Below are positions 9,559 through 20,350 of a DNA stretch of 37,731 nucleotides, in pieces. Below the pieces are notes generated by a model. It worked only from the letters and a program-made list of their open reading frames with translations. It ran no database searches and was not told where the DNA came from. A program made the translations under genes and the position numbers. How positions within the stretch are numbered: position 1 is the first letter of the stretch; each line of letters opens with the position of its first letter. Source of the DNA: Candidatus Methylomirabilota bacterium (lineage in GTDB: Bacteria > Methylomirabilota > Methylomirabilia > Rokubacteriales > CSP1-6); contig JBKPAK010000114.1 in NCBI GenBank assembly GCA_046726415.1, forward strand, positions 1 to 37,731, read 5' to 3'.

Positions 9559-10327
9559 GGTTGGCAATACCAACACCAAGATCGGGGTCTTCGACGGCGA
9601 CCGGTTGCTGGTCTCCTGGCGGCTGACCAGCCGGCGCGAACAGACCGCGGACGAGTACGGCGTGTTCATCGAGACGCTCCTGCGCACCAGGGGCATCGGA
9701 CCGCAAGATATTCGCGGGATCGCCATTTCCAACGTGGTGCCGCCGGTGGAGCAGACGTTGCGCTGGATGTCCGAGAAGTACTTCGGCATCGAGCCCTTCT
9801 CGGTGGAGCCGGGTCAGGATTGTGGCCTCACCCTGGCCGTCGACAACCCCCGCGAAGTGGGGGCTGACCGCGTGGTGAAATCCGTGGCCGCCCGCGCGCT
9901 GTATGGCTGCCCGCTCATCGTCATCGATTTCGGAACGGCCACGACCTTCGACTGCGTCAACGCGCGCGGAGAGTTCATCGGCGGGGCCATTGCCCCGGGC
10001 TTGGCGACGTCGGTCGATGCGCTCCTCAGCCGGGCCGCGCGGCTCTATCGCGTGGAGCTGGTGCGCCCGAAGGCGGCCATCGGGCGCGACACCACCACGA
10101 ACATCCAGTCGGGTGTCATCAACGGGTATGCGGGATTGGTGGACGGCCTCGTCGAGCGCATGAAAGCTGAGATGGGCGGTGCCCCCCAGGTGGTGGCGAC
10201 GGGAGGGCACGCGCCTCTCATCGCGGAGGCCACGCGCTCGATCGATATCGTGAACCCCGATCTGACTCTCGAGGGATTGCGCATGCTCTTCGAACGCGCT
10301 CAGGCGGCCCGCGCCGACGGGTCGTAG
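9542..10327 (+). CDS. coaX: Type III pantothenate kinase
   Basis: VEVGNTNTKIG, GADRV, IDFGTATTFD, GGAIAPG, VATGG, LTLEGL. Lies next to birA, as is typical. Confidence 0.95.
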   Translation: MLLVVEVGNTNTKIGVFDGDRLLVSWRLTSRREQTADEYGVFIETLLRTRGIGPQDIRGIAISNVVPPVEQTLRWMSEKYFGIEPFSVEPGQDCGLTLAVDNPREVGADRVVKSVAARALYGCPLIVIDFGTATTFDCVNARGEFIGGAIAPGLATSVDALLSRAARLYRVELVRPKAAIGRDTTTNIQSGVINGYAGLVDGLVERMKAEMGGAPQVVATGGHAPLIAEATRSIDIVNPDLTLEGLRMLFERAQAARADGS

Positions 10328-10369
10328 CGCGCCGCCCGACGATCGCGCCGAGCGGGGCAACGATGGCGA

Positions 10370-10399
10370 TTGACCCCGCGGCGGCCTGATCGGTATACT
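10370..10399 (+). promoter_or_regulatory. Sigma70-type promoter of the guaB3-guaA-dnaE-accA operon
   Basis: TTGACC (10370-10375), 18-nt spacer, TATACT (10394-10399). SD AAGGAGG at about 10498-10504. Confidence 0.75.
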
Positions 10400-10446
10400 A
10401 CGCCAAATATAGTAGGTGCCAGGGGCGGCATCCCTATATTTGGGAT
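10400..10446. promoter_or_regulatory. Tandem NrdR-box-like operators
   Basis: ACGCCAAATATAGTAG (10400-10415) and TCCCTATATTTGGGAT (10431-10446) both match acaCwAtATaTwGtgt at the core positions. They start 31 bp apart, immediately after the -10. Confidence 0.7.
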
Positions 10447-10511
10447 GCCGGGCGGCTTCAACCGGGTAGACAAACGCGGCGGGTTGAGCGGGTGGACAAG
10501 GAGGACGGCCG

Positions 10512-11672
10512 ATGGGCATGTGGGTGGGACGGGGACGGAAGGCGCGGGTGGCGTACGGCTTCGACGATATCGCTCTCGTTCCCGGCGCTCTCACCATCAA
10601 TCCGAACGAAGTGGACATTACGTGGGAGCTGTGCGGCCGCCGCTTCGACATCCCGATCATCGCCGCCGCCATGGATGGTGTGGTGGGACCGCGGCTGGCC
10701 ATCGAAATGAGTCGGCTGGGCGGACTGGCCGTCCTCAACCTGGAGGGCGTCTTTTCCCGCTACGACAATCCGGACGAGGTCATCCAGCGCATCGTGTCGG
10801 CCAGCCAGGACGAAGCGACCCGCATCATCCAGTCGATCTACGGGGAGCCCATCAAAGAAGAACTGATCCAGCGCCGGATCGAGACCATCAAGAAGGGCGG
10901 CGGCAGCGTCGTGGTCTCGTCGATCCCTCAGCGCGCCGAGCGCTTCGCCGCACTCGCCGAGGAAGCGGGAGCCGACATCTTCGTGGTGCAGTCTACGGTC
11001 ACGACCGCGCGCCACGTGGCCACGGAGTACACCCCCTTCGATCCGAGGCGCCTGAAGAAGCAGCTCGCCATTCCCTTGATCATCGGCAACGTGGTGACGT
11101 ACGAAGCGTGCTGTGAGCTGATGGACTGCGGCGCCGACGCGCTCCTGATCGGCGTCGGACCGGGGGCGGCGTGCACGAGCCGCGAGGTGCTGGGGTTGGG
11201 GGTCCCTCAAGTCACGGCCACTGCCGATGCGGCGGCGGCCCGCGACTTCTACTACAAGCAGAAAGGCCGCTATGTGCCCATCATCACGGACGGGGGGATG
11301 ACCACGGGCGGCGATGTGTGCAAGGCCCTGGCCGCAGGGGCCGACGCCGTCATGATCGGGTCCGCCTTCGCCCGTTCCGTGGAGGCGCCCGGTCGCGGGT
11401 ACCACTGGGGAATGGCCACTCCGCACTCGAACCTTCCGCGCGGGACGCGCATCAGGGTCGGGATCGCCGGATCGCTCGAACAGATTCTCTTTGGGCCTGC
11501 CTTCACTGAAGACGGCACGCTCAATCTGGTCGGGGCCATCCGCACCTGCATGGGCTCGGTCGGCGCGGCCAACATCCGTGAGCTCCAGCTGACTGAACTG
11601 ATCATCTCCCCGGCCATCAAGACGGAAGGGAAGGTCTTCCAGCAGGCACAGAAGCTCGGGCGCCCGCGGTAA
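10512..11672 (+). CDS. guaB3: GuaB3-family IMP dehydrogenase-related protein (no CBS pair)
   Basis: [19 protein letters not shown], catalytic-loop [33 protein letters not shown]. 386 aa, directly upstream of guaA. Confidence 0.92.
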   Translation: MGMWVGRGRKARVAYGFDDIALVPGALTINPNEVDITWELCGRRFDIPIIAAAMDGVVGPRLAIEMSRLGGLAVLNLEGVFSRYDNPDEVIQRIVSASQDEATRIIQSIYGEPIKEELIQRRIETIKKGGGSVVVSSIPQRAERFAALAEEAGADIFVVQSTVTTARHVATEYTPFDPRRLKKQLAIPLIIGNVVTYEACCELMDCGADALLIGVGPGAACTSREVLGLGVPQVTATADAAAARDFYYKQKGRYVPIITDGGMTTGGDVCKALAAGADAVMIGSAFARSVEAPGRGYHWGMATPHSNLPRGTRIRVGIAGSLEQILFGPAFTEDGTLNLVGAIRTCMGSVGAANIRELQLTELIISPAIKTEGKVFQQAQKLGRPR

Positions 11673-11689
11673 GGCCCGCGGGGCGCGTC

Positions 11690-13240
11690 GTGAGCACCGT
11701 CGACGCGATCGCGGTTCTGGACTTCGGTTCGCAGTACACGCAGCTCATTGCTCGCCGCATCCGGGAACTGTCTGTCTACTCGGAGATCCTCCCGCCGACC
11801 GTCTCGGTGGAGGCGCTGCGGGAGGCCGGCTATCGCGGCATTATTCTGTCCGGCGGGCCCTCGAGCGTCTATGACGACAAGGCGCCGCTTCCGCCTTTGG
11901 CGGTGTTCAAAACGGGTGTGCCTGTCTTGGGGATCTGCTACGGCATGCAGGCCATGGGCTATCTCCTGGGCGGCCAGGTGGTGCCGGCCGATCGCCGCGA
12001 GTACGGCCAGGCGCGCATCGCGCTGTGCGGCTCCAGCCCGCTCTTCAACGGCGTCGACCCAGATCGCGACGATCGGCTCACGGTGTGGATGAGCCACGGC
12101 GACACCGTGATGGCGCCCCCACCGGGTTTTACCGTGCTTGGCGCGACGGACAACTGCCCGGTCGCCGCAATGGCCGACCACGCGCGGGGCTTGTACGCCG
12201 TCCAGTTCCATCCCGAGGTGGCCCACACCCCTCAGGGGACCCGCATTCTCGAAAACTTCGTCGAAATCTGCGCGGTGGCCCGCTCGTGGTCCATGGCGTC
12301 ATTCGTCGACACCACCGTGGCGGCGATCCGAGCTCGGGTAGGGCGTGACCGCGTGCTCTGCGCATTGTCCGGTGGGGTCGACTCGTCGGTGGTCGCCGTC
12401 CTGGTCCATCGCGCCATCGGCGACCAGCTCACCTGCGTCTTCGTCGACAACGGCCTCCTCCGCCAGGGCGAGGCGGCCGCGGTGGTCCACACCTTCCGCG
12501 ACACCTTGAAGATCAATCTCGTCCACGTCGATGCGACGGCCCGGTTTTTGGCCCGCCTCGACGGCATCGCCGACCCCGAGGACAAGCGCAAGCGCATCGG
12601 GCGCGAGTTCATCGCGGTCTTCGAGGAAGAAGCGCAGAAGCTCGGCGCGATCCGGTGGCTGGCCCAGGGCACGCTCTATCCCGACGTCATCGAATCCATA
12701 TCGGCCAAGGGGCCGTCGGCGACCATCAAAACCCACCACAACGTCGGGGGGCTGCCCGAGCAGATGAACTTTCGCCTGCTGGAGCCTCTCCGAGAACTGT
12801 TCAAGGACGAGGTCCGGCGGGTGGGGGAGTTGCTCGGTCTGCCGGCCGACGTCATCTGGCGACAGCCGTTCCCCGGACCCGGCTTGGCTATTCGCGTCCT
12901 CGGTGAAGTCTCGGCGGAGCGTCTGGACCGGCTCCGCGCGGCGGATGCGATCGTCCAGGAGGAAGTGCGCCGCGAAGGTCTGGAGCGCCAGGTGTGGCAG
13001 GCTTTTGCCGTGTTGTTGCCCGTGCACACGGTCGGAGTCATGGGCGACCTCCGGACCTATGGCCAGGTCATTGCCCTGCGCGCCGTCACCAGTCAGGATG
13101 CCATGACGGCCGACTGGGCCCGGCTGCCCTACGATCTCCTCGGGCGGATCAGCAATCGGATCATCAACGAGGTCACGGGAGTGAACCGCGTCGTCTTCGA
13201 CGTCTCATCGAAGCCCCCCAGCACGATCGAGTGGGAGTGA
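11690..13240 (+). CDS. guaA: GMP synthase (glutamine-hydrolysing)
   Basis: [65 protein letters not shown]. Confidence 0.99.
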   Translation: MSTVDAIAVLDFGSQYTQLIARRIRELSVYSEILPPTVSVEALREAGYRGIILSGGPSSVYDDKAPLPPLAVFKTGVPVLGICYGMQAMGYLLGGQVVPADRREYGQARIALCGSSPLFNGVDPDRDDRLTVWMSHGDTVMAPPPGFTVLGATDNCPVAAMADHARGLYAVQFHPEVAHTPQGTRILENFVEICAVARSWSMASFVDTTVAAIRARVGRDRVLCALSGGVDSSVVAVLVHRAIGDQLTCVFVDNGLLRQGEAAAVVHTFRDTLKINLVHVDATARFLARLDGIADPEDKRKRIGREFIAVFEEEAQKLGAIRWLAQGTLYPDVIESISAKGPSATIKTHHNVGGLPEQMNFRLLEPLRELFKDEVRRVGELLGLPADVIWRQPFPGPGLAIRVLGEVSAERLDRLRAADAIVQEEVRREGLERQVWQAFAVLLPVHTVGVMGDLRTYGQVIALRAVTSQDAMTADWARLPYDLLGRISNRIINEVTGVNRVVFDVSSKPPSTIEWE

Positions 13241-13246
13241 GATCCC

Positions 13247-16200
13247 GTGCACCACGCCGAGTTCGTCCACCTCCACGTCCACTCCGAGTACAGCCTGCTC
13301 GACGGCGCCGCGCAGCTCGAGAAGCTCGTCAAGAAGGCCAAGGCGCTCGACTTTCCGGCCATCGCCCTCACCGATCACGGGAACCTCTTCGGGGCCATCG
13401 ATTTCTACCTGGCCGCCGAGAAGGCGGGGATCAAGCCCATCATCGGCTGCGAGCTCTATATCGCGCCGGGGGGACGCAGGGAGAAGGCGTCGCAGGACGG
13501 CGGCTACGAAGGCGCCAACCACCTCACGGTCTTGGTGCGCGATGTGGCCGGCTATAAGAATCTCATCAAACTGGTGTCCAAGGCCTATCTCGAGGGCTTC
13601 TACTACAAGCCGCGCGTCGACAGGGAACTCCTGGCCGCCCACGCCGATGGGCTCGTCGTGCTTTCCGGGTGCTTGAATTCCGAGGTTTCGCGGCTCATCT
13701 CGGCGGGGGACAGCGCGCGCGCCCAGGAGACGGCCGGCTGGTACCGGGATGTCTTCGGCCGCGACAACTATTTTATGGAAGTGCAGGCGCATGGTCTGGA
13801 TGAGCAGGCCCGCGTCACCGCAGAGACCCGGCGGATTGCCCGCGCCATCGGGACGCCCCTCGTGGGGACCAACGACTCGCACTACCTGGAGGCCGGCCAC
13901 GCGCGGGCCCACGAAGCACTGCTCTGCATCCAGACCGGGACGACGCTCAACGATCCCAGTCGCTGGCGCTTCTCCACCCAAGAGTTCTACATGAAGTCGG
14001 CGGAGGAGATGGCCCGGGTTTTTGCGGAGATCCCCGAGGCGAGCCGGAACACGCTGGCCGTAGCCGAGCGCTGCAATCTCGTCCTGGAGTTCAACCGCTT
14101 CCACTTGCCCCGCTACGTCGTGCCCGAGGGGCACACGCTGGAGAGCTACCTCCAGGAGTTGGCGCGGGCAGGGCTCCGCCACCGCTACGGGCCATCGCCT
14201 GGCGACGCCACCGAGGCGCGCTTGGCCCACGAGCTCGCCGTCATCGAGAAGATGGGATTTGCCGGCTACTTCCTGGTGGTATGGGACTTCATTCGTTTCG
14301 CCCGCCAGAGCGGCATCGCCGTCGGACCGGGACGCGGTTCCTCGGCCGGCTCGCTGGTCGCGTATTGCCTGGGCATTACCAACGTCGATCCGCTTCGGTA
14401 CGGACTGCTCTTCGAGCGCTTTCTGAATTCGGAACGCATTTCGATGCCCGACATGGACATCGATTTTGCCGACGACCGCCGGGACGAGGTCATTCGCTAC
14501 GTGGCCGACCGCTACGGGCGCGACCGCGTGGCTCACATCATCACGTTCGGCACCCTCGGCGCCAAGGCGGCCATTCGCGACGTGGGCCGCGTGCTCGGCA
14601 TGACCTATGCCGACGTGGATCGAATCGCCAAGCTCGTTCCGGGGTTTCCGCTCAACATCGCGCTCGACGACGCGGCTCAGAAGTCACTGCCCCTTGCGGA
14701 GATGATTCGCACGCAGGCCGCGGTCAAGGAGCTCTGGGAGATCGCCAAAGCCCTCGAGGGGTGTACCCGCCACGCGTCGGTCCACGCGTCGGCCGTGGTC
14801 ATCTCCGACGAGGCCCTCGACGAGCACATCCCGCTCTACAAGGACCCCAAGCGGCCCGAGCTGATCACGGGATACGCTATGGGGCCCATCGAGAAGCTCG
14901 GTCTCCTGAAGATGGATTTCCTCGGGCTGCGCACGCTCACCGTGCTGACCAACGCCGCCCTGCTCATCAAGGAATCCTGGGGCATCGACATCGATTTCGA
15001 CGCCGTACCCCTCGACGATGCCAAGACCTTTCAGCTCCTCAGCGAGGCGCGCACGTTCGGCGTGTTCCAGCTGGAATCGCCCGGCATGCGCGACGCCCTG
15101 CGGGGCCTCCGCCCCGAGCGCCTGGAAGACATCATCGCCATCGTGTCGCTCTACCGGCCAGGGCCCATGGACTTGATTCCCGACTTCATCGATCGCAAGC
15201 ACGGCCGCGCGAAGATCAAATACGAGCATCCCGCCATGGAGAAATTCACGCGGGAGACGTACGGGATCATGGTCTACCAAGAGCAGATCATGCAGATCGC
15301 CTCGGAGATGGGCGGCTTCACCATGGGGGAAGCCGACACGCTCCGCCGGGCCATGGGCAAGAAGGACCGCGATCTCATGGCCACCCAGAAGGCCAAGTTC
15401 GTCGGCGGCTGCGTGGAGCGGGACATTCCGTCGGCCAAGGCCGAGCGCGTATGGGAGCTGATGGAGAAGTTTGCCGGCTATGGGTTCAACAAGTCGCACG
15501 CGGCCGCCTACGGATTGGTGGCCTACCAGACGGCCTACTTCAAGGCCAACTATCCGGTGGCGTTCATGGCCGCCCTGCTCACCTCGGAAATGGGCGACAC
15601 CGACAAGATCGTGAAGTACATCGACGAATGCCGCGCCATGGGGATCGAGGTACAGCCTCCCGACGTCAACAGCTCAGCGGTGCGCTTCTCGGTGGCCGGC
15701 GATACCATCCGCTTCGGCCTGGCCGCCATCAAGAACGTCGGGGAGGCGGCCATGGAGTCGATTCTCCGCACGCGGGCCAGCGACGGGGCCTTCCGCTCCC
15801 TCGAGGACTTCTGCGGCCGGGTCGACTTGCGGCTGGTTAACCGGAGAGTCATCGAAAGTCTCATCAAGGCCGGGGCCTTCGACTCCCTCCAGCTTCCCCG
15901 CGCGCACCTGATGGTTCAGGTCGACGTGGCGCTGGAGCGCGGCCAGCGGCAGCAGCGCGAACGGGCCGAGGGACAGGCCTCGTTCTTCGATCTCCTGCCG
16001 GCCGCCCCCCCCACGCCGCCGGCGGATACCACAGCGCTGATCCCCGAGTGGGACGACGATCAGCGGCTCGCCTTCGAGAAAGACGTTCTGGGGTTCTACG
16101 TGTCGGGCCACCCACTGGCTCGCTACCGCAGTCAGGTGCAGGCCCTCGACGTCATGTCGACCAGCGAACTGGCCGCCAAACCCACCGGGTCCCCCGTGCG

Positions 16201-16720
16201 GCTATTCGGTCACGTGCTCGAGCTGAAGGAAACCACGACGAAGCGCGGCAACCAGATGGCCTTTCTCACCCTGGAGGACATCGAGGGCACCGTCGACGTC
16301 ACGATATTCCCCGAACCCTTCAAGGCGGCGACCAGCCGCCTGCGCTCCCGCGAGCCGGTGCTCATCCGGGGCCGGCTCGACGACAGTGACAAGGGCCGGG
16401 TGGTGTTGGCCGAAGAGGTTCGCGGACTCGACGAGGTGCTGCGTGCCCCCCTTCCCCGCTCGACGGGGAAGGGGGGACCCCACGCCTGTCGGCTGCGTCT
16501 GCCCACGCCGACGGCGAGCGCCGCACTCACCGCGCTGGCCCGTCTCTGTACCGAACACGCCGGTCCCATTCCCCTCTTCATCCACGTACTGCTCGCCGAG
16601 CAAGAGGTCGTGCTCCGCAGTCAGGCCTTCCGTGTCAGCGCCACGCCGGCTTTCGTGAGCGCGGTAGAGACCATTTTGGGCCCGGGCGCCGTCGTCGTGG
16701 ACGATGCCGGATCCGCTTGA
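13247..16720 (+). CDS. dnaE: DNA polymerase III subunit alpha
   Basis: PHP domain ([18 protein letters not shown]), [41 protein letters not shown], and a C-terminal OB fold. Confidence 0.99.
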   Translation: MHHAEFVHLHVHSEYSLLDGAAQLEKLVKKAKALDFPAIALTDHGNLFGAIDFYLAAEKAGIKPIIGCELYIAPGGRREKASQDGGYEGANHLTVLVRDVAGYKNLIKLVSKAYLEGFYYKPRVDRELLAAHADGLVVLSGCLNSEVSRLISAGDSARAQETAGWYRDVFGRDNYFMEVQAHGLDEQARVTAETRRIARAIGTPLVGTNDSHYLEAGHARAHEALLCIQTGTTLNDPSRWRFSTQEFYMKSAEEMARVFAEIPEASRNTLAVAERCNLVLEFNRFHLPRYVVPEGHTLESYLQELARAGLRHRYGPSPGDATEARLAHELAVIEKMGFAGYFLVVWDFIRFARQSGIAVGPGRGSSAGSLVAYCLGITNVDPLRYGLLFERFLNSERISMPDMDIDFADDRRDEVIRYVADRYGRDRVAHIITFGTLGAKAAIRDVGRVLGMTYADVDRIAKLVPGFPLNIALDDAAQKSLPLAEMIRTQAAVKELWEIAKALEGCTRHASVHASAVVISDEALDEHIPLYKDPKRPELITGYAMGPIEKLGLLKMDFLGLRTLTVLTNAALLIKESWGIDIDFDAVPLDDAKTFQLLSEARTFGVFQLESPGMRDALRGLRPERLEDIIAIVSLYRPGPMDLIPDFIDRKHGRAKIKYEHPAMEKFTRETYGIMVYQEQIMQIASEMGGFTMGEADTLRRAMGKKDRDLMATQKAKFVGGCVERDIPSAKAERVWELMEKFAGYGFNKSHAAAYGLVAYQTAYFKANYPVAFMAALLTSEMGDTDKIVKYIDECRAMGIEVQPPDVNSSAVRFSVAGDTIRFGLAAIKNVGEAAMESILRTRASDGAFRSLEDFCGRVDLRLVNRRVIESLIKAGAFDSLQLPRAHLMVQVDVALERGQRQQRERAEGQASFFDLLPAAPPTPPADTTALIPEWDDDQRLAFEKDVLGFYVSGHPLARYRSQVQALDVMSTSELAAKPTGSPVRLFGHVLELKETTTKRGNQMAFLTLEDIEGTVDVTIFPEPFKAATSRLRSREPVLIRGRLDDSDKGRVVLAEEVRGLDEVLRAPLPRSTGKGGPHACRLRLPTPTASAALTALARLCTEHAGPIPLFIHVLLAEQEVVLRSQAFRVSATPAFVSAVETILGPGAVVVDDAGSA

Positions 16721-17684
16721 CTTCGAGCAACCGCTCCGCGACCTCGAAGCGCGCCTGGCGGAACTGCACGCTCGCCAGGAACCCCGGCGGCCGGGTGATG
16801 AGATTGCGCGTCTCGAGGAGCGGCTCGCTCGCCTGCAGGCGAAGATCTACGGAACTCTCACGGCGTGGCAACGCACGCAGGTCGGCCGGCACCCCCGCCG
16901 GCCGCACACCCGCGACTTCTTCCGGCTCCTCTTCGAGGATGTGGTCGAACTGCACGGTGACCGGTTGTACGGGGACGATCCTGCCGTGGTGGGAGGCCTC
17001 GCCCGCTTCGAGGGCCGCTCGGTGGTGGCCATCGGACACCAGAAGGGGCGGGACACGCGGGAAAAGATCGCCCGCAACTTCGGGATGCCGCACCCGGAAG
17101 GCTACCGCAAAGCCCTTCGCCTCATGCAGCTCGCGGAAAAGTTTGGCAAGCCGGTTCTGACCTTCGTCGATACTCCGGGAGCGTACCCGGGAATCGGCGC
17201 GGAGGAGCGCGGCCAGGCCGAGGCGATCGCCCGGAATCTGCGCGAGATGGCTGCCCTGCGCACGCCGGTGGTGACGGTGGTGACGGGCGAGGGAGGCAGC
17301 GGTGGCGCCCTCGCCATTGGCATGGGCAATCGGGTTCTCATGCTGGAGTACGCGGTGTATTCGGTCATCTCTCCGGAAGGGTGCGCGGCCATCCTGTGGG
17401 GCGATGCGGCGAAGGCTCCGGAGGCGGCGGAGATCATGCATATCACCGCCGGCGATGCCCTTCGCTTGGGGGTGATCGACCGCATCGTGCCGGAGCCGCC
17501 GGGAGGGGCCCACCGCGACTGGGAGAAGACGGCCGACGCGGTCCGCGCTGCCGTGCGGGAGGCACTGACTGGCCTGGAGGGCCTCTCGCCGGAGGCGCAC
17601 GTGCGCGAGCGCTACGACCGGTTCAGGCGGATCGGTGTCTTCGAGGAGGCGTCAGGAGGGCTGCCGCGCAGTCCTCGTCGGTGA
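16704..17684 (+). CDS. accA: Acetyl-CoA carboxylase carboxyltransferase alpha subunit
   Basis: [55 protein letters not shown]. Conserved dnaE-accA order. Confidence 0.98.
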   Translation: MPDPLDFEQPLRDLEARLAELHARQEPRRPGDEIARLEERLARLQAKIYGTLTAWQRTQVGRHPRRPHTRDFFRLLFEDVVELHGDRLYGDDPAVVGGLARFEGRSVVAIGHQKGRDTREKIARNFGMPHPEGYRKALRLMQLAEKFGKPVLTFVDTPGAYPGIGAEERGQAEAIARNLREMAALRTPVVTVVTGEGGSGGALAIGMGNRVLMLEYAVYSVISPEGCAAILWGDAAKAPEAAEIMHITAGDALRLGVIDRIVPEPPGGAHRDWEKTADAVRAAVREALTGLEGLSPEAHVRERYDRFRRIGVFEEASGGLPRSPRR

Positions 17685-18657
17685 CCAGGACGTTCATGAA
17701 GCGCCCGCGCAAGGCGCCGCGCACGGCCTCCACCTTGGCCCGCCCGCCAGCCACCGCCACCACGTAACGGTCGTCCCGCCGCGACAGCGCCTGCAGCCGA
17801 CTGCCCTCCACGGACAGGATGCGCCGCATGAGCACCCGCAGCTCGGGGCGATCGACGATGCCCCCCTGGGCATCGAACGGCTGGTAGTTGATCTCGCCCA
17901 CCACGCCGAGCTGGCGCAGACGCCGCACGCTGACCCCGTAGGCTTCGGCGGCCGCGCAGAAACCGGGGGTTTGCTCGCCGATGAGACCGATTCCCACCAG
18001 GGCGATATCGATCTCCTGCGCGGCCTCGTAGATGCGGCGGACTTCGGGATCGCGCAGGAGTCGGCGCCGTTCGCGCTCGATGTCGTGGAGGGAGATCAGG
18101 TGCTGCACGGGGAGGGCATAGGCCTGCACATGCGGGCGGTACTTGGCAGCCATCATGCCCACCAGCGTATTGGGAAAGAGATCGACAAGCTTGAGTGTGC
18201 TCTCGCCGGAGAGGGGAAACAGCTCGAGGTCGCGGAAACGGCGCTCGCGCAGGTGCCGAATAGTCTGATACAGGGTGAACCCGCACGACAACCCCACCCG
18301 CATCCCGTCGCGCCCCACCTTTTCGAAGTACAGGGCCGCCGCGCTCCCCAGGGCCTCGCGGGTATCGCCGCGGCCGCCGGAGGCCACCACCACCGCGTCG
18401 CGCAAACCAAACTGCTGGAGGAGAGTGGTCTCCAGCTCTTGGGTGCGAGGCAGGTCCAGTTCCACCCGGACGAGTCCGTCGTCGAAAGCGCGCTTGAGCA
18501 GCCGCGACACGGTCGCCGCGGATACCCCCAGGGCCACCGCGATATCCTTCTGGCTCTGTCCCTGGCGGTAGTAGAGCTGCAGACACTGCACGAGTTGGCG
18601 CAGTTCCGTGGAGGGGTGCGGCACCACCGCTTGGGGCGGGTGAAAGATCTTCCCCAT
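17623..18657 (-). CDS. SorC/DeoR/CggR-family sugar-phosphate-binding transcriptional regulator
   Basis: C-terminal ~344 aa of the 923-aa [33 protein letters not shown], then [50 protein letters not shown]. Start is ATG 18657 or a nearby GTG. Confidence 0.92.
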   Translation of the reverse strand: MGKIFHPPQAVVPHPSTELRQLVQCLQLYYRQGQSQKDIAVALGVSAATVSRLLKRAFDDGLVRVELDLPRTQELETTLLQQFGLRDAVVVASGGRGDTREALGSAAALYFEKVGRDGMRVGLSCGFTLYQTIRHLRERRFRDLELFPLSGESTLKLVDLFPNTLVGMMAAKYRPHVQAYALPVQHLISLHDIERERRRLLRDPEVRRIYEAAQEIDIALVGIGLIGEQTPGFCAAAEAYGVSVRRLRQLGVVGEINYQPFDAQGGIVDRPELRVLMRRILSVEGSRLQALSRRDDRYVVAVAGGRAKVEAVRGALRGRFMNVLVTDEDCAAALLTPPRRHRSA

Positions 18658-18672
18658 GACGCAATATCTTCC

Positions 18673-18701
18673 TTGACCCCCTGAGTGTACGTCGCTATCC
18701 T
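18673..18701 (+). promoter_or_regulatory. Sigma70-type promoter of the FBP aldolase/phosphatase gene, overlapping a divergent -10
   Basis: TTGACC (18673-18678), 17-nt spacer, TATCCT (18696-18701). A - strand TACACT (18689-18684) could serve the regulator gene. Confidence 0.65.
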
Positions 18702-18744
18702 CGAAGCCACGAGCATTTTTCACCCCATCCCCAAGGAGGTGCCC

Positions 18745-20247
18745 ATGGGCGCCAAGCGCTACGGTCCCGCCGCCGGCCAGTCGGGCGTCGCGTTGTCGGA
18801 GTACCATCAATCCATGGATGAACTGGCGGGGCTCCCGCTCACCGTCGCGGAGAAAATTCCCGTCACCAACACCCCGAACATCTTCTCCTATCGTTCCTAC
18901 ATCTTCGCCAAGAACCCGGCCCTCGTGCAGCGCTACATCAAGGCTACCAAGGCCGACGTGGGCGGGGTGGGCGGACACGTGGTGGCCGCCGACGAGGTGA
19001 AGTCCGTGATCGCCAAGTTCGTCCTCGAGAACAATAGTTATCGCGGGGAGGCCATCTTCACCTCCCTCATCGTCACCCACACCGGGGACGATGTGGCGGT
19101 GACGGGGATCATGGCCGAGACGGTGGACATGAGCGTCGTGGACGAGCTGATGTGGGACGCGTTGCAGGAGGGGACGACCAAGGCGGCCGAGCTCGGCCTC
19201 TACGGGCCCGGTCAGGACCTGGTCGCCGACGCCTTCACCGGCAACCTGCGCGGGGCCGGGCCGGCCACGGTGGCGCTGCCGTTCCCCGTGCGCAAGGAGA
19301 ATCCGTCGCAGACCGTCCTCCTCTCGTTCGCCGACAAAACCGAGCCCATGGCCTTCAACTATTTCGCCACCGGTGCCTACCTCCTCCCGCGATTCAACAC
19401 CGGCCTGGTCATCGCCGCCTCTAAGATGAAACGCGGCTATCTCATGGAAGTGGTGGACCTCGACACCAAGGCGCAGGCCATCGAGGCGGGAGCCCATCCG
19501 CGCGATCCCCGGGCCCTCGACGGGAAGATGGAGGAATTGGCCAAAGGACTCCAAGAGAGGATCGTCGTCCTCCGCGCCCCCGAAGATCTCTACGACATCG
19601 AGGGGCTGACGCGCTCGTCGCGGTTCGTCATCGCGCGGATCTGGACGCGCAACGAGCGGGGCGACGCCGAGCAGCTGGGCTACGTCTGCTCCGCCGAGCG
19701 GTTGCACAATATCAAGACCAAGAAGGGCTTCACCTACGGCGGTAAGGATGATCCCGTCCTCATGGCCTTCGCCCAGGGCGACTGGCCGGCGCCCGGCGAG
19801 ATCACGTCGCCCTGGGCGGCCTGCCCGATGGTGGCCGGTGACTGTCGGGGAAGCCACAACCTGCACATCCTGCCCATGCCCATTAACTCGCAGACATCCT
19901 ACTGGTCGGGGCCGATCCTGTCCGCCATCACGCTGTCGTGCAACATCCACACCGGAAGGATTGGCGCCATCTCGGACCAGTTCGCGCTGGGCACCCCGTG
20001 GGACCAGGTGCGGCGGCAGGCCTCGGAGCTCGCCATCCAGTTCCGCAACGCTCACGGCATCAAGCAGCCCGCCACCCTGCACGAAGACGAGTTGGAGTAC
20101 CAGGAGGGGTGGAAGGAACGGCGAGCGCGCCTCGAGGGCCAGTTCGTCTCGAAGCCTCCCCTCACGTTCAGCAGCAACGGCCACGGCCAGGGCAAGCCGG
20201 CTGCGGCCACGGCCAAGGGTGGCACCCGTCCGGAGGACATCGACTAG
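18745..20247 (+). CDS. fbp: Class V fructose-1,6-bisphosphate aldolase/phosphatase homolog with N-terminal extension (500 aa)
   Basis: KADVGGVGGH, GDD, LYGPGQDL..DAFTGNLRG, ADKTEP, YGGKDDP (Schiff-base Lys and Tyr positions), RGSH, ELEY. SD AAGGAGGT at 18733-18740. Confidence 0.9.
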   Translation: MGAKRYGPAAGQSGVALSEYHQSMDELAGLPLTVAEKIPVTNTPNIFSYRSYIFAKNPALVQRYIKATKADVGGVGGHVVAADEVKSVIAKFVLENNSYRGEAIFTSLIVTHTGDDVAVTGIMAETVDMSVVDELMWDALQEGTTKAAELGLYGPGQDLVADAFTGNLRGAGPATVALPFPVRKENPSQTVLLSFADKTEPMAFNYFATGAYLLPRFNTGLVIAASKMKRGYLMEVVDLDTKAQAIEAGAHPRDPRALDGKMEELAKGLQERIVVLRAPEDLYDIEGLTRSSRFVIARIWTRNERGDAEQLGYVCSAERLHNIKTKKGFTYGGKDDPVLMAFAQGDWPAPGEITSPWAACPMVAGDCRGSHNLHILPMPINSQTSYWSGPILSAITLSCNIHTGRIGAISDQFALGTPWDQVRRQASELAIQFRNAHGIKQPATLHEDELEYQEGWKERRARLEGQFVSKPPLTFSSNGHGQGKPAAATAKGGTRPEDID

Positions 20248-20350
20248 CTGCCCGCCTCCGTCTCGCCGCAGGGCGTCTCGCCATCGGGGCGAGGCGCCGT
20301 GCGCGCGAGGCGGTCGCGTCTCAGTTTGAGATCCGCGCGAGGTCGCTTCA

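Noticed and set aside
20248-20340. GC-rich nested hairpins after fbp as an intrinsic terminator or ncRNA
   Set aside because: Stems exist (GGCGTCTCGCC/GGCGAGGCGCC) but there is no U-tract and no recognisable RNA family. Such stems arise easily at this GC content.
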